From an uncultured Verrucomicrobiota bacterium (lineage in GTDB: Bacteria; Verrucomicrobiota; Verrucomicrobiia; JABWAM01), in NCBI GenBank assembly GCA_964653025.1, contig CAZZBZ010000006.1:6292-70291 (forward strand): a stretch of 64,000 nt of DNA, in the 5' to 3' direction. This document shows positions 1 to 8,496 of this stretch, piece after piece (the first letter of the stretch is position 1; the number at the start of each line of letters is the position of its first letter). The position numbers and the translations under genes are program-made. A model generated the notes under the pieces. It searched no databases, was not told where the DNA came from, and saw only the letters and a program-made list of their open reading frames with translations.

Positions 1-1309
1 GGGTGTCTCCGGTTTCACGGCAGGTGCGAAAGGCGGTCATTAACGCCCAGCGCGCATGGCGGGGGTGGCGGGCCACCTTCCAGCAAACTTCCTTGAGTTC
101 GGAAGGCCATTTCCACTTCTCGCAGAGGCGCGCGAGCATCATGAGGGGAACGGGATCGTCGGCCGCGGCGGCCATTGCGCTCTTCCAGATTCTACGGGAG
201 TTCACGGGCTCCCCGAGCCCGGAAGCGGCGCGGGCCAGGTGAGCGAGGCGGCTGAACTCCAGCCCGGGCCAGACGCTGCGATCCAGGAAATGGCGGGAGG
301 CTTTCCAGTCGCCGAGGGCCTCGTAGGTCTCAACCAGCGCAAGGGCTGCGATGGGGTTTCGGCGAATGAAGATCGGCCGCCCCTCGATCCACGTGGCCGC
401 TTCACGGGAAAGCCCGTTGGCGTTCATCCATCGCGTGAGCTCGTAGACGTTGCTGCCCACCCGCCCCGCAAGGGTCTGGAGGCGCTGGAGTTCCTCGGGG
501 AACCCGGTTTTTTGAAAGCGGTAAAGCGTGCCGAGGCGGATCACCCGGTCCTGGTAAAGGGCGGCAGGAACGGAGACGAGGCGGTCGGCGAATGCAAGGG
601 CGGCAGGACCGTCGTTTCGGGCAAGGGCATCGGCGAGGAGCGCGCGGAGGGTCTGGGAGCGAAACTCAGGCTGCGCGGAGACCTCCTCGATCTCCTGTCG
701 GGCGGCGGTCGCCGTTCCGGGTTTCGATGACTGCATTCGGAGGGTGGCAAGGTCGAGACGGAAGACCGTATTGGAAGGATCGAGGCGGTTGGCCCGTGTG
801 AGGTGCGCCTCGGCGGCGTCGGGGCGGTGGAGCAGCACGGCGAGCGTCCCGGCGGCATGTTGCCAGCGCCCCGTGTTTCTTGCGGATTCGGGCATCGCAT
901 CGAGCGTGCGGTCGGCGAGGATGAGTTCGTTGAATCTCAACGCCGCGTTCGCAAGGGCGAGGCGGTTCTCCAGGTTTCCTGGCTCCACCTGGACGAGGCG
1001 GTTCCGCCACAGGACCGCCTCGGGTGAGCCGATCTTCTCAGCGAGTTCGGCCACCGTCCGCACGATCTCCACGTTGTTGCGGTTGATCTGGTGCGCGTGG
1101 CGGATGTTGAGTGAAGCCGCGAGGAGGTCTCCGCGCTCAATAGCGATCTTCGCGCGGGTCACGAGCCGTTGCTGGGCCCAGATGCCGAGGCCCTTCCACG
1201 AGGCCCAACCTGCGGCGAGGATCAGCCCGGCGATGAGAAAACGTCGCGTCCACCGCCAGAGAAGCAGGGGGGTCGGCTGGAGCCATGGATGGATTGGCAG
1301 CTTGCTCAT
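1..1309 (-). CDS. Membrane-anchored TPR-repeat protein. It is a paralog of the PrsT-like protein at 25114..26850. The 3' part of the gene runs off the window start.
   Basis: I translated the reverse strand by hand from the ATG at 1309. The product begins MSKLPIHPWLQPTPLLLWRWTRRFLIAGLILAAGWASW... and the frame stays open to position 1. It is absent from the ORF track because it is truncated at the edge. It has one N-terminal TM helix followed by TPR-like helical repeats. It shows clear similarity to the 25114..26850 product, for example LWRNRLVQVEPGNLENRLALANAALRF versus LWWRNVLQAEPNNPRRALEVAQASLRF. Confidence 0.6.
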   Translation of the reverse strand, partial: MSKLPIHPWLQPTPLLLWRWTRRFLIAGLILAAGWASWKGLGIWAQQRLVTRAKIAIERGDLLAASLNIRHAHQINRNNVEIVRTVAELAEKIGSPEAVLWRNRLVQVEPGNLENRLALANAALRFNELILADRTLDAMPESARNTGRWQHAAGTLAVLLHRPDAAEAHLTRANRLDPSNTVFRLDLATLRMQSSKPGTATAARQEIEEVSAQPEFRSQTLRALLADALARNDGPAALAFADRLVSVPAALYQDRVIRLGTLYRFQKTGFPEELQRLQTLAGRVGSNVYELTRWMNANGLSREAATWIEGRPIFIRRNPIAALALVETYEALGDWKASRHFLDRSVWPGLEFSRLAHLARAASGLGEPVNSRRIWKSAMAAAADDPVPLMMLARLCEKWKWPSELKEVCWKVARHPRHARWALMTAFRTCRETGDT

Positions 1310-1338
1310 CGGCTACGCAGCCCGCCGCCGTCCGGGGA

Positions 1339-2118
1339 TCAGGATTCCTCGGGGGCGCTTCGCCGCATCCGGCGTAGCGCTAGGAAGGCGAGGACGAACC
1401 CGGCGGCGGCCGCGGGAACCACCCCCGCCTCGGGAATCACCGGTAGAAAAGTGATATCATTCATCGCGATCACCTGGGTGGAAGGATTGCTTTGGGAGTT
1501 TGGGCCGGGAGAGAAGGTAAACTGAAAGCCCTTGATCGGTCCATTGAAGGCAATCTGGACATTCGCGTCAGAGGTCGTGTCGCTGGAGTTTGCGGTGCCG
1601 ATAACGTTGTAGCTGAGGCCGCTTCCCGTAACCGAGTTGTTTGGCGAACCCGTCACCGAGTTGGGGGCGATGGTGTACCCCGCATCGTAGTAGGCCGCGA
1701 TGTTGCTGATCTCGTCCTGGTAGGAATAGGGGGTGCCGCCGGATGACCTGTCCACGTCGAAGAGCGAGAAGGTGACGCCCTCGACGCCGTTCGCATAGCC
1801 GAAGTCCACTGTCAGCGTGGTGGATTGAGAGGTGGCGCTCCAGTTTACGGAGAGGAGAAGGGAGTTCTGTGCCGGGGACAACCCACCCGAGGGGCTCGTC
1901 CCAAGCCGGGGATAACTCGATGTGAACGTTGTCGTAGAGGTGGCGGAGACCGTGACGTCATTGCCCGTGTTGGAGGCATCGATGTCGTAGGACTGGGAGA
2001 GGGACCCGGCCGTCCACGCGAGGGAGTCCCAGTCGAGAACGAGGGCGCGGGAGGGGATGGCGCCGAGACCCAGTGCAACGCCCAACATGCAGGGGAGGAG
2101 TGGACGAATTGAATACAT
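1339..2118 (-). CDS. PEP-CTERM sorting-domain secreted protein (exosortase substrate)
   Basis: There is an N-terminal signal peptide. The body is Ser/Thr/Asn-rich. The C-terminus is VIPEAGVVPAAAAGFVLAFLALRRMRRS, which is a PEP-like motif, then a TM helix, then a basic tail. Confidence 0.7.
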   Translation of the reverse strand: MYSIRPLLPCMLGVALGLGAIPSRALVLDWDSLAWTAGSLSQSYDIDASNTGNDVTVSATSTTTFTSSYPRLGTSPSGGLSPAQNSLLLSVNWSATSQSTTLTVDFGYANGVEGVTFSLFDVDRSSGGTPYSYQDEISNIAAYYDAGYTIAPNSVTGSPNNSVTGSGLSYNVIGTANSSDTTSDANVQIAFNGPIKGFQFTFSPGPNSQSNPSTQVIAMNDITFLPVIPEAGVVPAAAAGFVLAFLALRRMRRSAPEES

Positions 2119-2265
2119 GGGCGGGAACCTACCTTTTCGGTCATCGCCCGGTTATGTTCCGAAGTCAAGGTAACTTCTTATCATTCATCTCTTTCGAACC
2201 ACGGCTGCCGTGTTGGCGGCCATCGGAATCCGAGGGAAGCTTCTGATCACCACACTGGTAGGGCA

Positions 2266-2796
2266 CTAACCCTTGCGGTCGAAGAAGGGGCTCTTGCCCG
2301 TAACGCTGAGCGGGATACCGAGGGCTTGGACGACCTCCGTCGGGAAGAGGCCGAGATCGATCGCGGCCTTCCCGATCGAGTACATGAGGCGGTTGTCGAG
2401 GTGGTGGTGCGCCGCAACGGACGCGGCGGAAGCGGCCGCGATCCCGAGGTCTATCGAGTTGAAGGCGCACACGCCGCAGGCCTGCTCAAGCGCCTCGCAA
2501 GTGGGATGGCCGCAGAAACCGCAGTTGAGTCCCGAAGTTTTTGTAACGACGCCCAGCACAAGGATCGCGGGACTGGCGGCGAGGTTTCCCGCGTCGCGCT
2601 CAAGCCCGGGGCGGTTCTCACGCCGAGCGATCTCCCGCATGCGCGCAACAAGGCGATCACGAGAAGCATCGTCCTCGATCACGCGAACGCGGAGGTTGTC
2701 GATCCCGCGTGTCTTGGGCGCCGTGCGGGCCGCGGCGGCCATCAGACGGACCACGGCCCGGGCGGCATCTTGCTCGTAGGAAAGGGAGGCTTGCAT
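2266..2796 (-). CDS. DUF2148-type Cys-rich (ferredoxin-like) protein. The start could alternatively be at 2910.
   Basis: The ORF is 2266..2910. It contains the conserved block LNCGFCGHPTCEAL...GVCAFNSIDLGIAA and the tail IPLSVTGKSPFFDRK, both typical of the small DUF2148 family. The internal Met (MQASL...) gives a family-typical length of about 176 aa. Confidence 0.5.
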   Translation of the reverse strand: MQASLSYEQDAARAVVRLMAAAARTAPKTRGIDNLRVRVIEDDASRDRLVARMREIARRENRPGLERDAGNLAASPAILVLGVVTKTSGLNCGFCGHPTCEALEQACGVCAFNSIDLGIAAASAASVAAHHHLDNRLMYSIGKAAIDLGLFPTEVVQALGIPLSVTGKSPFFDRKG

Positions 2797-3108
2797 GGTG
2801 AAATGCTGCAGCCGGCTTTCCGTGCGGGCAAGGGGAAAACGGCCGTCGTCCCATTTGCTAGTCTGCTGTCCCTGAAGTGCCTGCCAATATTTCTTTTGAT
2901 GGAGGGCCACGCTTCGTCGTGGCCATCGGCCATCACAGAGGGCACGACGAAGCGTGCCCCTCCATCATTCAGAGCAAACTTCTCGAAATGTGCGAGATCC
3001 ATAGTAGCAAGCATTTCGTGGACACCACACTAGCAAGTTGACGTCAAATCGTGAAGTCCACCGGATACTTGATTCCTGGAGGGTGACGAGAGTATGTAAA
3101 TTCCCCGT

Positions 3109-4176
3109 ATGAAACCCTGTGCGCGACGCCACGTCAGGAACTGGGCGGTTTTTGCCGTCCTCGGGGCGGCCCTTCGCGCCTTCGCGGCGGAAGATCCGCT
3201 CGCGAGTTTGCGCGCCTTCTCGAGTTTCACCTCCGTGGACATTTCTCGCCTTGCGAAAGGTGAGGTTCTCACGGATCGAGGGGACGGCATGGATTTTGTG
3301 CGAGGGATCAGTGGGGAAGCCTGCTACGTCGTGCGCAAGGAGCCTGCCGCAGTTGCCCGTTTTATTATTTCCTCCGATCCCTCGAAGGGTGCCCCGGACA
3401 GCGTCTACTACCATAAGAAATTCAGCGGGGTCGTCCCGGACTCGGTTTTCGTGGAGATGAAGCTCGACGATTCAAAGTTCGGCCAGCGTCGCGTGGTCGG
3501 GAAGACCCTCGAAGTCGGGGGGGGGAAGGCGGATTTCTTCATGAGCAAGGCGGAGATGGTGTGCTTTGAGGAAGTGGCCAAGCAGGGACGGGCCGCGGGC
3601 CTGAAGCCCGCGGAGATCGCGGCGCACTGCTGGTCCTCCCTTTTCGTCGGGCGCGCGACCGCGTTCCTCAAATCGGGCCTCGACAACCTCGATCCCTATG
3701 AGACCGGGCGCGCCCCCGTGAAGCCCGCAGACGAGATGCGGCAACTCCTCGACGAGGTTCCCGAGGTGCGTGAGCATTTTCGCGGGCTCCTCAGCCAGAC
3801 CGGTCTCCTCGGTTCCCCCAACGCCGCGCCACGCCTCGCTCCCGAGTGTTATGCCGAACTGATGAACGCCCAGGTTTCGGCCAGCTTCGATCTCGGCGCC
3901 ATTTTTGTGAAGGAACTTCCGGGCGGTGAGGTTCAGGTCCTCGATTGCCAGTACTACTCCAGCGCGGCGTACTATGTGTCGCTGACGCTCTTCCATCTCT
4001 GGCCCATCCAGGTGGACGGGGCCCCCGCGACGCTCGCGTGGCGAGGGGACCTTCTTTCCGCGCCGCTTCTGGAGGTTACGCACGGCACGGCCCGCATGGC
4101 ATGGGGCCTGGTGATGATGCGCGAGATCAAACAATCCATCCAGATCTTCCAGAAAGACATCCTGAAGGCGCCCTGA
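3109..4176 (+). CDS. Secreted hypothetical protein
   Basis: The ORF is 355 aa with protein-like composition. The N-terminal signal peptide is MKPCARRHVRNWAVFAVLGAALRAFAAEDP. It contains an in-frame G9 tract at 3517..3525. Confidence 0.55.
   Translation: MKPCARRHVRNWAVFAVLGAALRAFAAEDPLASLRAFSSFTSVDISRLAKGEVLTDRGDGMDFVRGISGEACYVVRKEPAAVARFIISSDPSKGAPDSVYYHKKFSGVVPDSVFVEMKLDDSKFGQRRVVGKTLEVGGGKADFFMSKAEMVCFEEVAKQGRAAGLKPAEIAAHCWSSLFVGRATAFLKSGLDNLDPYETGRAPVKPADEMRQLLDEVPEVREHFRGLLSQTGLLGSPNAAPRLAPECYAELMNAQVSASFDLGAIFVKELPGGEVQVLDCQYYSSAAYYVSLTLFHLWPIQVDGAPATLAWRGDLLSAPLLEVTHGTARMAWGLVMMREIKQSIQIFQKDILKAP
3517..3525. repeat. Homopolymeric G9 inside CDS 3109..4176 (encodes GGG)
   Basis: Nine consecutive G residues are read directly from the sequence. 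Confidence 0.9.
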
Positions 4177-4257
4177 GGCAAATGCCCCTTTCCGCCCCTG
4201 GCAATCTTGTCAGGAATGGAGAGTGGGTCTATAATCCTTACTCCCCTCCGTAACTCC

Positions 4258-5172
4258 ATGAAACCCTCCCTTCGTCCTCTCCTTCAGTTGGCCCTTTGTG
4301 CGGCCGTGGGTCTGGTCTTTGCCTCCCCCGCGACGGCGGCTTCAAAGAAGAAGAAGAAGGCCACCGAGGAGGTTTCCTGGGAGGTGTCCTCCGATGCTTC
4401 CTACGTGGCGGGGAGTCAGACGAAGGCCGGAGATGTGAAGTTCGGTCGATTCACCGAGGTGGCGAACTCTTTTCAAGCGGTCGCCTCCACCCACCTCACC
4501 GAGGGGGTCATCCTTCGCATGGGTGGTGCGTGGGATCGGTATTCGTTCGGCACCCCCGCCAATTCCCCGCTCCCCAACACGCTCCAGTCCGGATCGGCGG
4601 TGATGGGGGTGGACTTCCAGGTGGCCAGCGAGTGGCTGGTCCGCTTCGAGGTGCAGCCCGGCGTTTACAGCGATTTCGCGGACATCACGTTCGACGATGT
4701 CAATGTGCCGGCGACGTTCGGGGCCTCCTACCTCTACGACAAGGACCTCCAGATCGTCTTCGGTCTCAGCATCGACCCTCGGCGCGAGATCCCCGTCCTG
4801 CCGGGGGCGGGCATTCGTTGGCAGTTTGCGGACCGCTGGACTCTCAACGCGATCCTGCCGCGTCCACGCCTCGAATGGGCGATGAGTGAGACCCTCACCC
4901 TCACGACAGGCGCGACGCTCAAGGGGGGGTCTTACCGCCTTGCCGACAACTTCGGGGACACTCACAGCCGTCCCGGGATGAACGGGGTGACCGTGGATTT
5001 CTCCGAGGTCCGGGCCTGTCTTGGCGCCGCGTGGAAGCCGCATCCCGCGGTCGAGGTGACCGTCGAGGGCGGTTACATGGTGTGGCGTACCTTCGACGCA
5101 TGGGCCCGGAACGTGAGTTTTCGCGGGGACCCGGCCCCCTACGGGGGGATCTCGGTGACCGCCGGCTTCTGA
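4258..5172 (+). CDS. Putative outer-membrane beta-barrel protein
   Basis: The signal peptide is MKPSLRPLLQLALCAAVGLVFASPATA. The sequence has alternating beta-strand character and ends in a C-terminal Phe (..TAGF), typical of OMP barrels. It contains a (AAG)5 Lys run. The ORF track starts earlier, at 4207. Confidence 0.55.
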   Translation: MKPSLRPLLQLALCAAVGLVFASPATAASKKKKKATEEVSWEVSSDASYVAGSQTKAGDVKFGRFTEVANSFQAVASTHLTEGVILRMGGAWDRYSFGTPANSPLPNTLQSGSAVMGVDFQVASEWLVRFEVQPGVYSDFADITFDDVNVPATFGASYLYDKDLQIVFGLSIDPRREIPVLPGAGIRWQFADRWTLNAILPRPRLEWAMSETLTLTTGATLKGGSYRLADNFGDTHSRPGMNGVTVDFSEVRACLGAAWKPHPAVEVTVEGGYMVWRTFDAWARNVSFRGDPAPYGGISVTAGF

Positions 5173-6912
5173 TTGAAACGCGCGGCCTGGTGGTTCCTGG
5201 CGGCGTTCATCGTCGCCCTCTATCTGGGGTCGAGCGTGGTCCCCGTCCTGTTCGACGAGACGGAAGGGCAGTACGCAGGCGCCGCGAGGGAGATGCTCCA
5301 GCGCGGGGAATGGCTCCTGCCAACCAACAACGGCCTGCCTCGGTTGCAGAAGCCCCCGCTTCTCTACTGGGTGATTCTGCTTTCCTACAAGGCCTTCGGT
5401 GTGAGCGAGTTTGCCGCGCGGTTGCCGAATGCCCTCGCCTGTCTGGCCTGGATCTTCGGCACCGCGCTGGTGGGTCGGTGTGTCAACGGCTGGCGGCTCG
5501 GGGCCTACGCCGCCCTCCTCCTTGCCACCTCGTTCGGTTTTTTCATCTTCGGGCACCTGATCATGCCCGAGCCCTTTCTCGGGGCGTGCGTGACCTTCGC
5601 CTTCTGGTGTCTGCTGTGTGCGCTTCGCACTCCTGAGCGGGAGGCCGCGTGGTTCCGCGGGGCTTGGTTCTTTATGGCCCTGGGCACCCTGCTGAAGGGA
5701 CCTCACGGATTTCTCTACCCGGTGCTCGCCCTGGGGGGGGCGGCGCTGTTTTCGGAGAAGTTCGCGGGATTGTGGCGGCGCTTTTGGAGTTGGCGCCGAG
5801 TCCTGCTCTTCCTCGTGGCCGTGGCGCCCTGGTACCTCGTGATGGAGACCCGGTTTCCGGGATTTCTTCACGAGAACTTCGTCAACGAGCAGGTCGGGCA
5901 TCTCCTCAACGCGCGCTTCCCTCCCGACAGCCGGGCCGTGCCGTCGCTCATCTTCTGGGGTCAGCACCTGCTCTACTTCTTTCCGTGGGCCCTCTTCGTG
6001 CCGGCCGTCGTGTGGGCCTGGCATCGTCCCGAGCCGTGCGAAGAGGCGGGCCACGATGCCGCACGGTTGCTCTGGGCGTGGATCGCGGTGACGGTGGTGA
6101 GCGTCGCCTTCTCGGCGCGGCAGGACTACTACACGATGACCTGCTGGAGCGCGGTGGCGGTGGCCCTGGCGCGCCCATGGGCCCGCGAAGAGGCCGTCCC
6201 TCGGCGCTACTGGGTGGTTCCATGCGTGCTCATGATGCTGGCCGGTCTCGTGGGCGTGGCCTTGTGGCCCCGCATTGATTTCCTGATGGCCGAATCCACC
6301 TTCGAGGTGGACCCCGTTGCCGAGCGCGACACGCTCTGGAACGCGCTCCACGGTTCCACGTTCGGCGGCTGGAGCGAGTTCGTCCCGCTGATGAAGGCGG
6401 CGGGGCTGATCCTCCTCGCAGGGGGCGCCGTATCGGTCTTTCTCGCATGGAAGAAGCGGGCCGCCCTGGCTGCCCGCGCGGTGGCGCTCGTCATGCTGGG
6501 GCTGCTTGTGCTTGCGGCGCGTGGGCTCGCGCTGAAGGGGGAGTACTATTCGCTTGCCGGGGCCGTTGCCGGCATCAAGGCCGCCGCCGAACCCGGGGCC
6601 ATGGTGGTCTACGATGGAGAACCCCATCTTGCCGCGAGCCTTTTCTTTTACCTGGACCGCCCCGCCTCCTGGGTAAATGCCACGCCGGCCGTTGAGTTTG
6701 CCGTGCGCTACTTTGGGATCGGCGCGGAGGCCTTCCTGGAGCGCGCCACCTTTCAGAGGGCGTGGGGCTCTTCTCGCCAGGTCTTCCTGATCACCGAGAA
6801 GGCGGGCCTCGCGGGTTGGGCGAGCGATCTTGGCCTCGACAAACGCCAACTCACGCCGGTGGGAACCAGCGGCACGCGCGTGGCGATTGCGAACCGACCG
6901 GCGCGGCGGTGA
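5173..6912 (+). CDS. GT-C family membrane glycosyltransferase (ArnT/PMT-like, GT39/GT83)
   Basis: The polytopic membrane protein has the N-terminal GT-C signature DETEGQYAGAAREMLQRGEWLLP. This compares with DEGRYAEIAREML..GDWLVP in ArnT. It uses a TTG start in the ORF track. It contains an in-frame G8 tract at 5733..5740. Confidence 0.8.
   Translation: MKRAAWWFLAAFIVALYLGSSVVPVLFDETEGQYAGAAREMLQRGEWLLPTNNGLPRLQKPPLLYWVILLSYKAFGVSEFAARLPNALACLAWIFGTALVGRCVNGWRLGAYAALLLATSFGFFIFGHLIMPEPFLGACVTFAFWCLLCALRTPEREAAWFRGAWFFMALGTLLKGPHGFLYPVLALGGAALFSEKFAGLWRRFWSWRRVLLFLVAVAPWYLVMETRFPGFLHENFVNEQVGHLLNARFPPDSRAVPSLIFWGQHLLYFFPWALFVPAVVWAWHRPEPCEEAGHDAARLLWAWIAVTVVSVAFSARQDYYTMTCWSAVAVALARPWAREEAVPRRYWVVPCVLMMLAGLVGVALWPRIDFLMAESTFEVDPVAERDTLWNALHGSTFGGWSEFVPLMKAAGLILLAGGAVSVFLAWKKRAALAARAVALVMLGLLVLAARGLALKGEYYSLAGAVAGIKAAAEPGAMVVYDGEPHLAASLFFYLDRPASWVNATPAVEFAVRYFGIGAEAFLERATFQRAWGSSRQVFLITEKAGLAGWASDLGLDKRQLTPVGTSGTRVAIANRPARR
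5733..5740. repeat. Homopolymeric G8 inside the ArnT-like CDS 5173..6912
   Basis: Eight consecutive G residues are read directly. They encode LGGA. Confidence 0.9.
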
Positions 6913-8059
6913 GCGCGGGATCCCAGTCCTTCCAGACCGGCTCGAGTCCGAGTTCGCGGACCCGCACCGCCACTTCCTCGACGGAACGGCGATCGGCGAT
7001 CGCGAACTGCTCGGTGGCCTGTTCGCCTTCCGAGGGGACCCGGTCCTTCGGGAGTTCCACGCGGCAGCCGTGCGAGGTCCGGTGCAGGTCGTCGCGCCCG
7101 GCACCGGTGTAGCCTCCCGGTTCCGTGTGAGAACCCGCGCTCATCGCGGTGATCCCGACGCAGGCCAGGCCGTCCCGAAGGGTGGGGGACTCCCTCGTGG
7201 AGAGGACGATGCCCACCTGTGGGAAGGCGATCCGCATGGCGATGACGAACTGGGTCAGATCGCGGTCGGTGACATGGACCAGGGGCTCGAACTCTCCCGC
7301 GGCGGGACGGAGACGTGGCGCGGAGACGGTGAAGAAGGCCTTCCAGCAGATGGCGAGCAGTTCATCGAGGTGTCGTGCGAGCGCGAGGGCCTCCTCGCGC
7401 CAATCGGCAAGCCCGAACAGGGCCCCCAAACCGATTCTTCGGAAACCGGCCTCATAGGCGCGTCGCGGGCAGGCGAGGCGCGCGTCGTAGTCCTTCTTTG
7501 GGCCGGCGAGGTGCATCGCCGCATAGACCTCCCGGTTGTAGGTCTCCTGGTAGACAATGAGCCCCTCGGCGCCCGCCTCGACGATCGAGCGATAGTCCTC
7601 CGTTTCCATCGGGCCGACCTCGAGATTGATCGAGGGCACGCCCAGCGCGCGGAGGCGGCGGACGCATTCGGCGAGGTAGTCGCGACCCACGAAACGGGGG
7701 TGCTCTCCGGCGACGAGGAGGAAGTTCCGGAATCCCTTCTCGAGGAGATGGCGGACCTCGGTCTCGACCTGGTCGAGGGTGAGCGTGACGCGGAGGATGG
7801 GGTTCTCCCTCGAAAACCCACAGTAGCGGCACGAGTTGATGCACTCGTTCGAGAGGTAGAGCGGGGCGAAAAAGCGCATGGTGGCCCCGAAGTGCTGGCG
7901 CGTCAGGCGTCGTGCATCGAGCGCGCGGGCCTCGAGCTCGGCGTCGGTGCAGGGCTGGATCAGGCTTTCGAAGAGGTCGGGGCGGCGGCTCACGTTGGTG
8001 CCTAACTTCGGCAGTGCCGGGCCGAAATGCAACCCGCCCCGCCATCGGGTGCGCGACAA
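6851..8059 (-). CDS. thiH: 2-iminoacetate synthase ThiH (radical SAM tyrosine lyase). The start is uncertain.
   Basis: The radical-SAM CxxxCxxC motif is present in LTRQHFGATMRFFAPLYLSNECINSCRYCGF. This matches the E. coli ThiH region [31 protein letters not shown]. There is a ThiH-like C-terminal KDW region. The 3' end overlaps the convergent GT-C gene by about 60 nt. Confidence 0.8.
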   Translation of the reverse strand: MSRTRWRGGLHFGPALPKLGTNVSRRPDLFESLIQPCTDAELEARALDARRLTRQHFGATMRFFAPLYLSNECINSCRYCGFSRENPILRVTLTLDQVETEVRHLLEKGFRNFLLVAGEHPRFVGRDYLAECVRRLRALGVPSINLEVGPMETEDYRSIVEAGAEGLIVYQETYNREVYAAMHLAGPKKDYDARLACPRRAYEAGFRRIGLGALFGLADWREEALALARHLDELLAICWKAFFTVSAPRLRPAAGEFEPLVHVTDRDLTQFVIAMRIAFPQVGIVLSTRESPTLRDGLACVGITAMSAGSHTEPGGYTGAGRDDLHRTSHGCRVELPKDRVPSEGEQATEQFAIADRRSVEEVAVRVRELGLEPVWKDWDPALTAAPVGSQSPRACRWFPPA

Positions 8060-8062
8060 AAT

Positions 8063-8147
8063 TGGTGGGCGAGACAGGACTTGAACCTGTACCCCTTTCG
8101 GGACTGGAACCTAAATCCAGCGCGTCTGCCAGTTTCGCCACTCGCCC
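8063..8147 (-). tRNA. tRNA-Leu, anticodon UAG
   Basis: I folded it by hand. The acceptor stem is GGGCGAG/CUCGCCC with discriminator A and CCA. The anticodon stem-loop is CUGGA-UUUAGGU-UCCAG. There is a long variable arm, as expected for a class II Leu tRNA. The T-loop is GGUUCAAGUCC. Length is 85 nt. Confidence 0.85.
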
Positions 8148-8496
8148 ATCACTCTCAAAACGGGGGTATTCACGACGACTAAAAAAGGCACTGTCACACT
8201 TTCCGCCCATGTCCGTGCACACCCCTGTTTCAGGCTCCGTCCCATGAGCAAAGCGTCTCCCTTCGTCAAGGTTAAAGACCCTTCTCGCCATTCGGTTCGC
8301 GGTCTGTACCATCCCACGCTCTCACGCCCAGACTCGATCAACCCTTCAGCAACTCGTGCAGCCGCAGCCGCCGCCACAACGCCAACGCCAGATAGACCTC
8401 CCCAAACTTCCGCGCTCGCTCCACTCGCACCGCCGACACAACACCGCATTCAAGAGAGAGTTCAGTGAGGCGATCTTGGCGGAATCACAGCTGCGC

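Noticed and set aside
4350-4367. (AAG)5 trinucleotide repeat in the OMP gene
   Set aside because: A unit length of 3 cannot shift the frame. It simply encodes a KKKKK linker after the signal peptide. It is unlikely to be a switch.
4342-7104. 920-aa minus-strand ORF overlapping the OMP and ArnT-like genes
   Set aside because: It has extreme Arg/Pro/Gly/His low-complexity composition and runs antisense to two well-supported genes. This is a typical spurious long ORF in high-GC DNA.
6830-8005. 391-aa plus-strand ORF over thiH
   Set aside because: It is antisense to ThiH, which carries a radical-SAM CxxxCxxC and a ThiH-specific N-terminal block.
8150-8496. Possible TPP riboswitch upstream of thiH
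   Set aside because: I looked on the minus strand for the CUGAGA box and GGGG.GCC pairing elements and found no convincing match. The tRNA occupies the proximal upstream region.
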